Positions 18,765 through 25,286 are shown, numbered from the stretch's first letter. The stretch is 59,386 nt of DNA from an uncultured Candidatus Saccharibacteria bacterium (GCA_964491805.1 CAZBGU010000002.1:9877-69262), one strand, 5' to 3'. Numbers and translations: made by a program. Notes: generated by a model from the letters alone, not told the origin.

Positions 18765-19592
18765 ATGAAAATAGCATTTGTAGGAAAAGGAGGGAGTGGT
18801 AAAAGCTCAATATCATGGCTAGCAGTAAAAACCCTAGAAGATATAGGTTCTTCGATATTGGCTATTGATGCTGACCACAATATGGACTTAACAAGTAACT
18901 TAGGGCTTAACCCTGACACTACTCCGCTCATGCACAAAACTGAACAAGAATTCATGGAGCATGTTGGTGTTACAAAGGTGAGCGGTGTTCTTAACAAAGA
19001 CATAAGTACACTTCCTGTATTTACTATTTGTCCACAAGATTCATATACAGCTTCTATTGTAAGTAAAGTAAGTGACAAGATTTCACTTATCAATATCGGT
19101 CTTGGTGCACCTGATGTGATGTTCTCTGGTAAATGTGCTCACGGTCTCTCTGGTCCACTTAAATATTACCTTGGTCTTCTTGATGAGAAAGATGATTTTG
19201 TAGTGATAGACAGTGTCGCAGGGGCAGATATGCTCAACTATGGACTCTATGCAGGGATTGATGCAGTTATTGGAGTGGTAGAACCACACAGAAATAGTAT
19301 TAAGGTATTTGAACAGATTCAAGATATTTGCCGTAAGTCACTTATTCCTTGTTTTGCTGTAGTTAATAAGCCAGCAGACAATGAATTCTATAAGGAGTTT
19401 GTTTCAAAGAATGCTGACAAGATTTTAAGTGAGATTCCATTTGATGAAAATATAATGAATTATGACTATACAAAAGTAAAAGATGAGACAAAGCAGAGTA
19501 TGATTTCTGTTATTGAGAAAGTTAAGAAGTTGAAGAAGCGAGGAAACCTCTCAACCGTTAAAGACTTTCAAGATATGAAAAATAGTAAGTAA
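18765..19592 (+). CDS. CooC/MinD-type P-loop ATPase
   Basis: Deviant Walker A in MKIAFVGKGGSGKSS. ILAIDADHN and VIDSVAG motifs. Divergent from the Fur-family gene. Confidence 0.7.
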   Translation: MKIAFVGKGGSGKSSISWLAVKTLEDIGSSILAIDADHNMDLTSNLGLNPDTTPLMHKTEQEFMEHVGVTKVSGVLNKDISTLPVFTICPQDSYTASIVSKVSDKISLINIGLGAPDVMFSGKCAHGLSGPLKYYLGLLDEKDDFVVIDSVAGADMLNYGLYAGIDAVIGVVEPHRNSIKVFEQIQDICRKSLIPCFAVVNKPADNEFYKEFVSKNADKILSEIPFDENIMNYDYTKVKDETKQSMISVIEKVKKLKKRGNLSTVKDFQDMKNSK

Positions 19593-19680
19593 CTTTCTAT
19601 AGGTTTTATCTGTGCTTGTGCAGATAAAACCTCAGAGTGTTCCTTATCATCCAACCCCGACATCACTTAGGAGAACTGTC

Positions 19681-20031
19681 ATGTCTTTGCCTTCAATTGC
19701 TACTATCGATACCACCGGAATGAGTGCCGAACAACTGGAAGATGTGCTTTACGAAGCAATCCAGAAAGACCTTCCTTTGGCGTTTGCGTGGTTCAAGAAC
19801 TTGAACCTCGGAGTTCATCAAAAAGAAGACCCGAAAACTCCACTAGCCGCTCAAATCAAGCGTGTTGTTGCCGACGGTATGCGACATGTTCTCGAAAAGA
19901 AACTGTTCGGCGGAAAGCGAATTGTCTTCGCGAATTGCTGTGACGTGATCGTTGACCCTCCGAAGGGTTTCAACCCCGTCTTGTTCCAGTTCGAGACCCA
20001 GAATGGGAAGCTTAACTATGCCGACTGCTGA
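19681..20031 (+). CDS. hypothetical protein (GC-elevated cassette, gene 1)
   Basis: ATG at 19681 is preceded by AGGAG. 116 aa. Its stop overlaps the next start within ATGCCGACTGCTGA. Confidence 0.45.
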   Translation: MSLPSIATIDTTGMSAEQLEDVLYEAIQKDLPLAFAWFKNLNLGVHQKEDPKTPLAAQIKRVVADGMRHVLEKKLFGGKRIVFANCCDVIVDPPKGFNPVLFQFETQNGKLNYADC

Positions 20032-20389
20032 AAAGTCGTTTAGTGCTTTCCTAACCGAGAATGCAGATCATATCCTTGGGCTTTGCCTTAAGGAAGGGTT
20101 TGAGTTCTCAGTGAAAGAAAGCTCGCGGTGCATAACCGTGCGGTGTACCATACCCAATGGTCATGTTCGATTTGTCGTCTTTGATGATCATCGGATTGAG
20201 AACCCTCATGGCGGCAAACCGCACGTGTGCAACCAATGGCACAAAGTGGTTGGTGACCCTATTTCGTTTACGATGGGTAAAGAAGTCACTGATGCTTCAC
20301 GGCTTCAGAACGTACTCCGAGCTACTGCCGTTATGTGTCTCACTCAAAGTGATGCATACAACGACATGAAAGCTCAAATCTTCCCTTAG
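20018..20389 (+). CDS. hypothetical protein (GC-elevated cassette, gene 2)
   Basis: ATG at 20018 overlaps the upstream stop by 14 nt. 123 aa, Cys/His-containing. A terminator follows. Confidence 0.45.
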   Translation: MPTAEKSFSAFLTENADHILGLCLKEGFEFSVKESSRCITVRCTIPNGHVRFVVFDDHRIENPHGGKPHVCNQWHKVVGDPISFTMGKEVTDASRLQNVLRATAVMCLTQSDAYNDMKAQIFP

Positions 20390-20409
20390 TTAGGGTTTGT
20401 TCAACAACG

Positions 20410-20437
20410 AAGGCGTCCCGGTGACGCCTTTTCCTTT
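20410..20437 (+). terminator. Rho-independent terminator
   Basis: AAGGCGTC-CCGGT-GACGCCTT followed by TTCCTTT. Confidence 0.6.
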
Positions 20438-20448
20438 AGGAGATAAAA

Positions 20449-21018
20449 ATGACTCATCACCGATTGTTCTTTAAAGCATTTCTCATTCTCTACGGGGGAT
20501 TTCTACTTGTACATGTTTGGGAAATGGGATTTGATTCGTGGCTACTTCTTGCAGGATTACTCGGTGGCATGGCAGTAGCTTTAATTGCCCATAAGGGGCA
20601 TGGATACTTACCTTCGGTATTTCTGGTGGGACACATGCTCATTGAGTGGTATCACCATGCACTCCATGGAAACCACTACGACGGAGGTGAGATTACTTTC
20701 CACGGAATACACGCACTGCTTGATATGGTGTTTCTGTATGTGGAAGCAAAGGAACACTTCGGCAAGTATGCAATGCCTTTCCTCGGTGTAGTTATCACAA
20801 CCCTTGTTGGTATCCTTGCTTTGAATTATGTGCCAGCGCAGCCGTCGTTTGCAATGTCTCCTCTTGTTGCCCAAGCGCTAGAAGTGCAGAAAGCAATCGG
20901 AGAACACCATTCACACGGAGGAGGAATACTGCATCATGCAGTTATCGGTGGAATGATTGGATGCGTGTTATCACACCTGTTTCTCGCTCCACGATGGAAC
21001 CATTTTCACCAACACTGA
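20449..21018 (+). CDS. His-rich polytopic membrane protein
   Basis: 189 aa with about 5 TM helices. His clusters include HKGHG, WYHHALHGNHYDGG, GEHHSHGGGILHH and a C-terminal NHFHQH. AGGAG RBS. Confidence 0.55.
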   Translation: MTHHRLFFKAFLILYGGFLLVHVWEMGFDSWLLLAGLLGGMAVALIAHKGHGYLPSVFLVGHMLIEWYHHALHGNHYDGGEITFHGIHALLDMVFLYVEAKEHFGKYAMPFLGVVITTLVGILALNYVPAQPSFAMSPLVAQALEVQKAIGEHHSHGGGILHHAVIGGMIGCVLSHLFLAPRWNHFHQH

Positions 21019-21086
21019 TAATAAATGAAGGACTTTATCTCATAATACTGTAAAAGGTATTACGAGATTTTTTTTATGTAAAATTA

Positions 21087-21127
21087 GTAGTAAAAAACAC
21101 TATCTATTAGGTAGTGTTTTTTACTAC
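21087..21127. terminator. bidirectional terminator hairpin
   Basis: 16-bp perfect stem GTAGTAAAAAACACTA/TAGTGTTTTTTACTAC between the convergent membrane-protein gene and tRNA-Glu. Confidence 0.65.
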
Positions 21128-21160
21128 AGCTAACACCCTTCTAGTGCTAGCTGTTGAAGG

Positions 21161-21232
21161 TGACCTCACGGAGAATCGAACTCCGCTTCCAGGCATGAGA
21201 AGCCTGTGTCCTAGCCGATAGACGATGAGGCC
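21161..21232 (-). tRNA. tRNA-Glu(CTC)
   Basis: Manual cloverleaf: acceptor GGCCTCA/TGAGGTC, anticodon arm CAGGC-TTCTCAT-GCCTG, T arm CGGAG-TTCGATT-CTCCG. CCA is not encoded. Confidence 0.85.
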
Positions 21233-21406
21233 AAATGGGCAGTGTGTAGTCAGTAGTTTGTAGCGCATAGAAGGGGGATTAAAACCACTTAAAAACACGT
21301 ATTTGGAATAATACCATAGTTTTTGTCCTTTTGCAAATTTGCTATATACAATAAGGTTTTATTGAAAATGACTATTGACAGTATACGTACAAGCGTGTTG
21401 TAGTGC

Positions 21407-21435
21407 TTGACTTTTAATTTTAAAAGTGCTATAAT
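21407..21435 (+). promoter_or_regulatory. sigma70-type promoter
   Basis: TTGACT, a 17-nt spacer, then TATAAT, about 100 nt upstream of the ORF at 21543. Confidence 0.5.
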
Positions 21436-21542
21436 TTCATTACACAATAACAAAGTGAAAAGTCAATAAATTACCAGTTAGGTATTTTATTTTTCACAAA
21501 AATTCCAGATATGATCCGTTGGTGAAGCGTAATCACCGCACT

Positions 21543-22079
21543 ATGATACAAAAAATCTATAAAGTTACCCAGATACTTGCGTTTGTGCCATTCATGGCCA
21601 TCCCGAGCGTTTCAGTAACTTCACATATCGGTTCGCTCGAGACAAAGCCTACAATAAAGGAAGTGGTTTCGGTTGAGGACATTCGTAAGGAACGAGCAGA
21701 AGCTATTAACAAGTTCTATAAAGAGCGTAATATGCCCCTCGCTGGTTCTGGTATGACATTTGTGCTTGTTGCCGAAAAGTATGGTCTTGATTGGAGACTC
21801 CTTCCAGCTATCGGTGTTCGAGAATCTTCTGGAGGTAAGGCTGCTTGTGGTTACAACGCTTTTGGGTGGGGGTCGTGTAAGCTTGGACATAACTATAACA
21901 GTTATGAAGAGGCTATCGAAGCAATTGGTAAGAACTTAGGCGGTGCGAATAAGAATACTGCACGTTACTATGCAGGGAAGTCTACAGAGGAGAAATTGTA
22001 TGCGTATAATGGATCTGTTGAGCCTCCATATATTGGCGAAGTGCTTGCGATCATGGATATGATTGACGACGTCGAGTAA
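21543..22079 (+). CDS. secreted lysozyme-like/transglycosylase-like protein (tentative)
   Basis: N-terminal hydrophobic segment. LLPAIGVRESSGGKAACGYNAFGWG resembles the catalytic Glu-Ser region of SLT-type enzymes. The track start is TTG at 21519; I prefer the ATG at 21543. Confidence 0.5.
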   Translation: MIQKIYKVTQILAFVPFMAIPSVSVTSHIGSLETKPTIKEVVSVEDIRKERAEAINKFYKERNMPLAGSGMTFVLVAEKYGLDWRLLPAIGVRESSGGKAACGYNAFGWGSCKLGHNYNSYEEAIEAIGKNLGGANKNTARYYAGKSTEEKLYAYNGSVEPPYIGEVLAIMDMIDDVE

Positions 22080-22093
22080 TTTAGTATTTTGAA

Positions 22094-22132
22094 ATACAAA
22101 AAGCAACTGCTTAATGCAGTTGCTTTTTGTAT
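22094..22132 (+). terminator. Rho-independent terminator
   Basis: ACAAAAAGCAACTGC-TTAAT-GCAGTTGCTTTTTGT. Confidence 0.65.
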
Positions 22133-22210
22133 TCCGTATGGTAGTCTTCGTTTGGACTTGCTGTCAATTTTTGTCAGCAAGCGGCATAATTCATCTCATA
22201 GAGATATCTC

Positions 22211-22576
22211 ATGGCAACTCGTGTTTCTTTTGTCCCTGTGGTGGTAGAGATCATTGATGTCCCTGTGACGGTAGTTGGTCCGGGCATCGTGATTGATCTT
22301 GGTCAACCACCAGCTGATGAAGTGCTCAACCTCCTTGCGAGTGTCTTCCCTTGTGGATCTACTCCGATACCACAGGAAAGAGATAGTCTGGCGACCCCTC
22401 GGCATGCTCCTCAGGTTATCTGTACTGTCGTTGGGATCCAGGCGGTATTCGTACCTTTTGATGACAACCCTGCACCTCCGTGTGTCGTGTCTCCGCCACC
22501 TCGCAAGGTTGCTGAGTGGAAGATGCAGCAGTATCCTGGCCAATTCAAGGGCATGAGAGGGCAACGGAAGAGGTAG
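22211..22576 (+). CDS. hypothetical protein in GC-rich islet (strand assignment uncertain)
   Basis: 121-aa Val/Pro-rich ORF followed by a GC-rich hairpin. An equally long antisense ORF (22196-22564) exists. The plus strand is preferred only by analogy with the other GC-rich cassettes. Confidence 0.3.
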   Translation: MATRVSFVPVVVEIIDVPVTVVGPGIVIDLGQPPADEVLNLLASVFPCGSTPIPQERDSLATPRHAPQVICTVVGIQAVFVPFDDNPAPPCVVSPPPRKVAEWKMQQYPGQFKGMRGQRKR

Positions 22577-22595
22577 TTGTCGGCATCAGAATCAA

Positions 22596-22620
22596 GAACC
22601 CCGCGGCGTGCGCGGGGTCT
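22596..22620. terminator. GC-rich hairpin, probably a bidirectional terminator
   Basis: ACCCCGCG-GCGTG-CGCGGGGT lies between the plus-strand ORF end (22576) and the mscL stop (22646). T-rich on both sides. Confidence 0.55.
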
Positions 22621-22645
22621 TGTACTTTATTTGTTACTGATTATG

Positions 22646-22954
22646 TTATTCAGGTTTTTTATCGATTTTGTTGATTGGGCTTTTTACAAACACAAAGTAG
22701 ACAACTGCAAGCACTGCAACAAAGTCAATAAGGCTCGAGATGAACGCTCCATATTTAAAAGTGATTTGAGTAAGCGGTACGGTATATTCCATCGCAGAAA
22801 GGTTACCTGCAGCACCAGTGACTGCACCAATAAGCGGATTGAGAAGATTGTCGACAATACTGGTAACGAGTTTTGTGACCGCTCCTCCCATGATAATACC
22901 TACAGCAAGTCCGAGTACACCTTTTTCACGAATAAATGCAATAAATTCTTTCAT
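22646..22954 (-). CDS. mscL: large-conductance mechanosensitive channel
   Basis: 102 aa. MKEFIAFIREKGVLGLAVGIIMGGAVTKLVTSIVDNLLNPLIG is the canonical MscL N-terminus and TM1. Confidence 0.92.
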   Translation of the reverse strand: MKEFIAFIREKGVLGLAVGIIMGGAVTKLVTSIVDNLLNPLIGAVTGAAGNLSAMEYTVPLTQITFKYGAFISSLIDFVAVLAVVYFVFVKSPINKIDKKPE

Positions 22955-23044
22955 ATATTTTTATTTATGTATATAGTATTAAGTATAACAAAACAATACA
23001 TACAAAGATAGAAAATGAATATAAAATATGGTAGAATCATTAGG

Positions 23045-23128
23045 CGAATGATGAAAATAAATAGTGTAAACTATTCAAGTGAGTATACGGTTTGTGGGTG
23101 AACAAAATAATAAAACGGAGATGTGGCT
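23045..23128 (+). repeat. 84-bp direct repeat, copy 1 (ends with the first 12 nt of tRNA-Ser)
   Basis: By eye it is identical to 23169-23252. It ends GGAGATGTGGCT and then diverges into a 40-nt spacer containing hairpin GGTGC-TTTGA-GCACC. Confidence 0.85.
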
Positions 23129-23168
23129 CGAGGTGCTTTGAGCACCGAAGACATCATGAGTCAGCAGA

Positions 23169-23252
23169 CGAATGATGAAAATAAATAGTGTAAACTATTC
23201 AAGTGAGTATACGGTTTGTGGGTGAACAAAATAATAAAACGGAGATGTGGCT
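23169..23252 (+). repeat. 84-bp direct repeat, copy 2 (runs into the intact tRNA-Ser)
   Basis: See copy 1. The offset between the copies is 124 nt. Confidence 0.85.
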
Positions 23253-23328
23253 GAGCTGGTCGAAGGCACCTCACTGCTAACGAGGCAGGGTAGTAATACC
23301 CTCATGGGTTCGAATCCCATCGTCTCCG
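23241..23328 (+). tRNA. tRNA-Ser(GCT)
   Basis: Type-II tRNA: acceptor GGAGATG/CGTCTCC, anticodon loop CTGCTAA, long variable arm, T arm ATGGG-TTCGAAT-CCCAT, discriminator G. CCA is not encoded. Confidence 0.9.
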
Positions 23329-23524
23329 CAAAATAATGAATCCAAAGTGAAAGCTTCGGGTGATTATATTTTGCGAGAGACGATGGGATTCGAACTGAAC
23401 CCGACACGAAGTCCGTTTTGTACTCAAAACGGGGAGGGTGAAGCTTAGGCGAAAGTTAGGAGATTTTGTTTGAGCGCTTTGCGCGAAGAAGAAAATCCCT
23501 AACAATCGCCGAATCCCATCGTCT
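23329..23524 (+). other. tRNA-3'-flank structured element, copy E1
   Basis: An inverted copy of the tRNA 3' end (GAGACGATGGGATTCGAAC, 23377-23395) closes a roughly 32-bp hairpin with tRNA nt 23308-23342. Next come hairpin CCGTTTTGTACTCAAAACGG and the purine box GGGGAGGGTGAAG. It ends with the direct copy CGAATCCCATCGTCT at 23510-23524. Confidence 0.6.
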
Positions 23525-23581
23525 TAATGTCTGGAGTCAGTCCTCTTCCCTATCCTTCCTTTAGGAGTATACTTAAACTAT

Positions 23582-24046
23582 ATGCGGTATCCTCCGATGA
23601 ATTCAGTGACTGCCATGTACTGGACTTCACTTGAACATGACGCCTTATATGAGGCGAAAAGTATTGCTGATATCTATACTATTGCAAAAGTAGTGCTTGA
23701 TCGTATGCCAGATCATCTTGCTCAAGTTTGTGGTCCAATTACAAGCGGTGGTGTTGGGTCAGTAGAAGGGAACCTACAACTTCTTAATGAAAAAATAGCA
23801 CAGCTTCAAGCAGAGGAGGTTGCGGTTTTTGATCAAATGCCCTACGAAGAAACGATACATCGTGTGCGTAATGATCCTACGCTTATGCAAACATACGAAC
23901 ATGTATTGTCAGATTTTTATGAGCAGCTTTTTCTTTCTGGTAAAATCACTGCACTCTACTTTATGTCTGGGTGGGAAAGTTCACGAGGTGCATGTTGGGA
24001 ACATGAAAAAGCTAAGGAGTACGGTTTTGACATTAAGTATCTTTGA
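23582..24046 (+). CDS. DUF4406-like (nucleoside 2-deoxyribosyltransferase-like fold) protein
   Basis: 154 aa. CGPITSGG ... YFMSGWESSRGACWEHEKAKEYG matches the DUF4406 pattern as I remember it. Confidence 0.55.
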   Translation: MRYPPMNSVTAMYWTSLEHDALYEAKSIADIYTIAKVVLDRMPDHLAQVCGPITSGGVGSVEGNLQLLNEKIAQLQAEEVAVFDQMPYEETIHRVRNDPTLMQTYEHVLSDFYEQLFLSGKITALYFMSGWESSRGACWEHEKAKEYGFDIKYL

Positions 24047-24128
24047 TGTGAATATAAATATCAAAATATTGATCATAGTTTTAAATGTGTGACTACTTAA
24101 ATCTTTTTGTGTATACTAGGTTGAATTT

Positions 24129-24216
24129 GGAGGATTGGATGAGTGGCTTAAATCAACGGTTTACTAAACCGTCGACCGGTTTACCCGGTCCGTGAGTTCG
24201 AATCTCACATCCTCCG
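24129..24216 (+). tRNA. type-II (Ser-like) tRNA with anticodon ACT
   Basis: Acceptor GGAGGAT/ATCCTCC, anticodon arm ACGGT-TTACTAA-ACCGT, long variable arm GACCGG..CCGGTC, T arm GTGAG-TTCGAAT-CTCAC, discriminator G. CCA is not encoded. Confidence 0.75.
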
Positions 24217-24220
24217 CATT

Positions 24221-24257
24221 AAAAGAAAAACAGAGCTTCTTGCTCTGTTTTTCTTTT
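24221..24257 (+). terminator. Rho-independent terminator after the tRNA
   Basis: AAAAGAAAAACAGAGC-TTCT-TGCTCTGTTTTTCTTTT. Confidence 0.7.
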
Positions 24258-24378
24258 GACTACGAGGCACAGTAGCAAGCCACCTGCGTGGCTTGCGTGA
24301 GATGAGAATAGGGCTCGCGAAACTATCTCTGACGAACGAAGTGAGGAAGTAGTTTTGTGAGCGAATCCCACATCCTCA
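24258..24378 (+). other. tRNA-3'-flank structured element, copy E2
   Basis: GCAAGCCAC-CTGC-GTGGCTTGC (24275-24296) is followed by GTGAGATGAGAATAGGG, CGAACGAAGTGAGGAAG and AGTTTTGTGAGCGAATCCCACATCCTCA. The last is a degenerate copy of the tRNA from the T-stem to the 3' end. Confidence 0.6.
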
Positions 24379-24414
24379 TTTTTGTTGTTTGTACGAAAAC
24401 TTTGCAGAGGTCAA

Positions 24415-24428
24415 CACTAAAGGGGTTC
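24415..24428 (+). repeat. 14-bp direct repeat CACTAAAGGGGTTC, left copy
   Basis: The exact 14-mer recurs at 25273-25286. Together the copies bracket the GC-rich cassette. Confidence 0.8.
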
Positions 24429-24485
24429 ATAAGTGAGGCGTTACTCTAAATACACTTGTTTTACAAGTGTTAATGTACGTAAGTA

Positions 24486-24514
24486 TTGACATACTGGTAC
24501 AAGTATGATACTAT
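24486..24514 (+). promoter_or_regulatory. near-consensus sigma70 promoter
   Basis: TTGACA, a 17-nt spacer, then TACTAT. Confidence 0.55.
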
Positions 24515-24515
24515 T

Positions 24516-24536
24516 ATATAGTCAGTCTGACTATAT
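24516..24536. promoter_or_regulatory. 21-bp perfect palindrome, operator-like, overlapping the predicted transcription start
   Basis: ATATAGTCAG-T-CTGACTATAT lies immediately after the -10 box. Confidence 0.5.
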
Positions 24537-24583
24537 TTCGCGTGTGCGAAATGAATTGTCCTTTACTTCATGTGAGGTTACTA

Positions 24584-25090
24584 ATGAACACGACTTTTGC
24601 AAACTTTGCAGTTTTCGCCCTCCCTGTCTTCTTCGTTGCCACCCTGGTTCTTGCGGGTGTCATCAAGATTGGCAGGAAGAACTTCCGCGAAATCGTCACC
24701 CAGCGTGACAGCTATCGGGAGTCCTCGAGAGAGTACTTCAACATGTACGCCGCAGAAAAAGCAAAGCCTGAACGTGTCCTCTGCCGAGTGATTGGTGTGA
24801 GGTTCGGCAGGTATGAACATGACGATGTTCGGTATGGTTACTATGTGTGGCTCGGCGTGAAAACCGATCAAGAAGGGGTGACAACGCTCCTTCCGACCAA
24901 CCGGAACATCGTGCGGCTCGACAACTCGCAGCTTCCCAAGGACTACTTGGGGTGCCCGAAATGGCACTACGTCACGGGTCTTCCGAATTCCATCGTCATG
25001 CTTGGTGAGACCTTCACGCTTCTTGACGAAGAAGGGTCGCACGGAGACTGCTGCAAGGCAACACATTTGGCGACAGGATTGCAGGCCTAA
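24584..25090 (+). CDS. membrane-anchored hypothetical protein (GC-rich cassette)
   Basis: ATG at 24584 with a GAGGT RBS. N-terminal TM helix FANFAVFALPVFFVATLVLAGVI, then a roughly 140-aa soluble domain with no motif I recognise. My hand count gives 32 G/C in nt 24661-24720. Confidence 0.5.
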   Translation: MNTTFANFAVFALPVFFVATLVLAGVIKIGRKNFREIVTQRDSYRESSREYFNMYAAEKAKPERVLCRVIGVRFGRYEHDDVRYGYYVWLGVKTDQEGVTTLLPTNRNIVRLDNSQLPKDYLGCPKWHYVTGLPNSIVMLGETFTLLDEEGSHGDCCKATHLATGLQA

Positions 25091-25124
25091 AATCTGTAGA
25101 CTAGGCAAAATACGCACCCACGAG

Positions 25125-25153
25125 GCACCCGCTTCAGTGGGTGCTTCTTCATT
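25125..25153 (+). terminator. Rho-independent terminator
   Basis: GCACCC-GCTTCAGT-GGGTGC followed by TTCTTCATT. Confidence 0.55.
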
Positions 25154-25272
25154 GCAGTGCTCATTGTATTAATGTTAATAGAAATAAAAACTCATATCTT
25201 TATGGTAACTGGTGAAATGTCCTATTGTGGTGACGGGGTACATACTCAAAGAGTTGGATGCACAAAATTTAG

Positions 25273-25286
25273 CACTAAAGGGGTTC
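25273..25286 (+). repeat. 14-bp direct repeat CACTAAAGGGGTTC, right copy
   Basis: See the left copy at 24415-24428. Confidence 0.8.

Noticed and set aside
19952-20031. Programmed frameshift joining the two ORFs of the 19.7-20.4 kb module
   Set aside because: The overlap contains a proper ATG for the second ORF (20018) and no slippery heptamer. Simple translational coupling explains it.
22196-22564. 122-aa minus-strand ORF (TTG start) as the real gene of the 22.2-kb GC-rich islet
   Set aside because: It is not excluded, but it has no RBS and only a TTG start. It would also lie downstream of the hairpin that should terminate mscL. I list the plus-strand ORF at low confidence instead.
23375-23450. 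Possible minus-strand tRNA gene, seen as an inverted T-arm and acceptor 3' end
   Set aside because: The reverse complement has a T-loop and 3' acceptor strand, but no matching 5' acceptor strand or D-arm. The would-be anticodon hairpin has a 6-nt loop. I treat it as an inverted partial copy, not a gene.
23195-23505. Two minus-strand ORFs (70 and 67 aa) across tRNA-Ser(GCT) and its flank
   Set aside because: They overlap a well-formed tRNA and the repeat structure, and they have no translation signals. They are artefacts of ORF calling.
24581-25117. 178-aa minus-strand ORF antisense to the GC-rich cassette gene
   Set aside because: It is the same shadow-ORF situation. The promoter, RBS and terminator all support the plus-strand gene.
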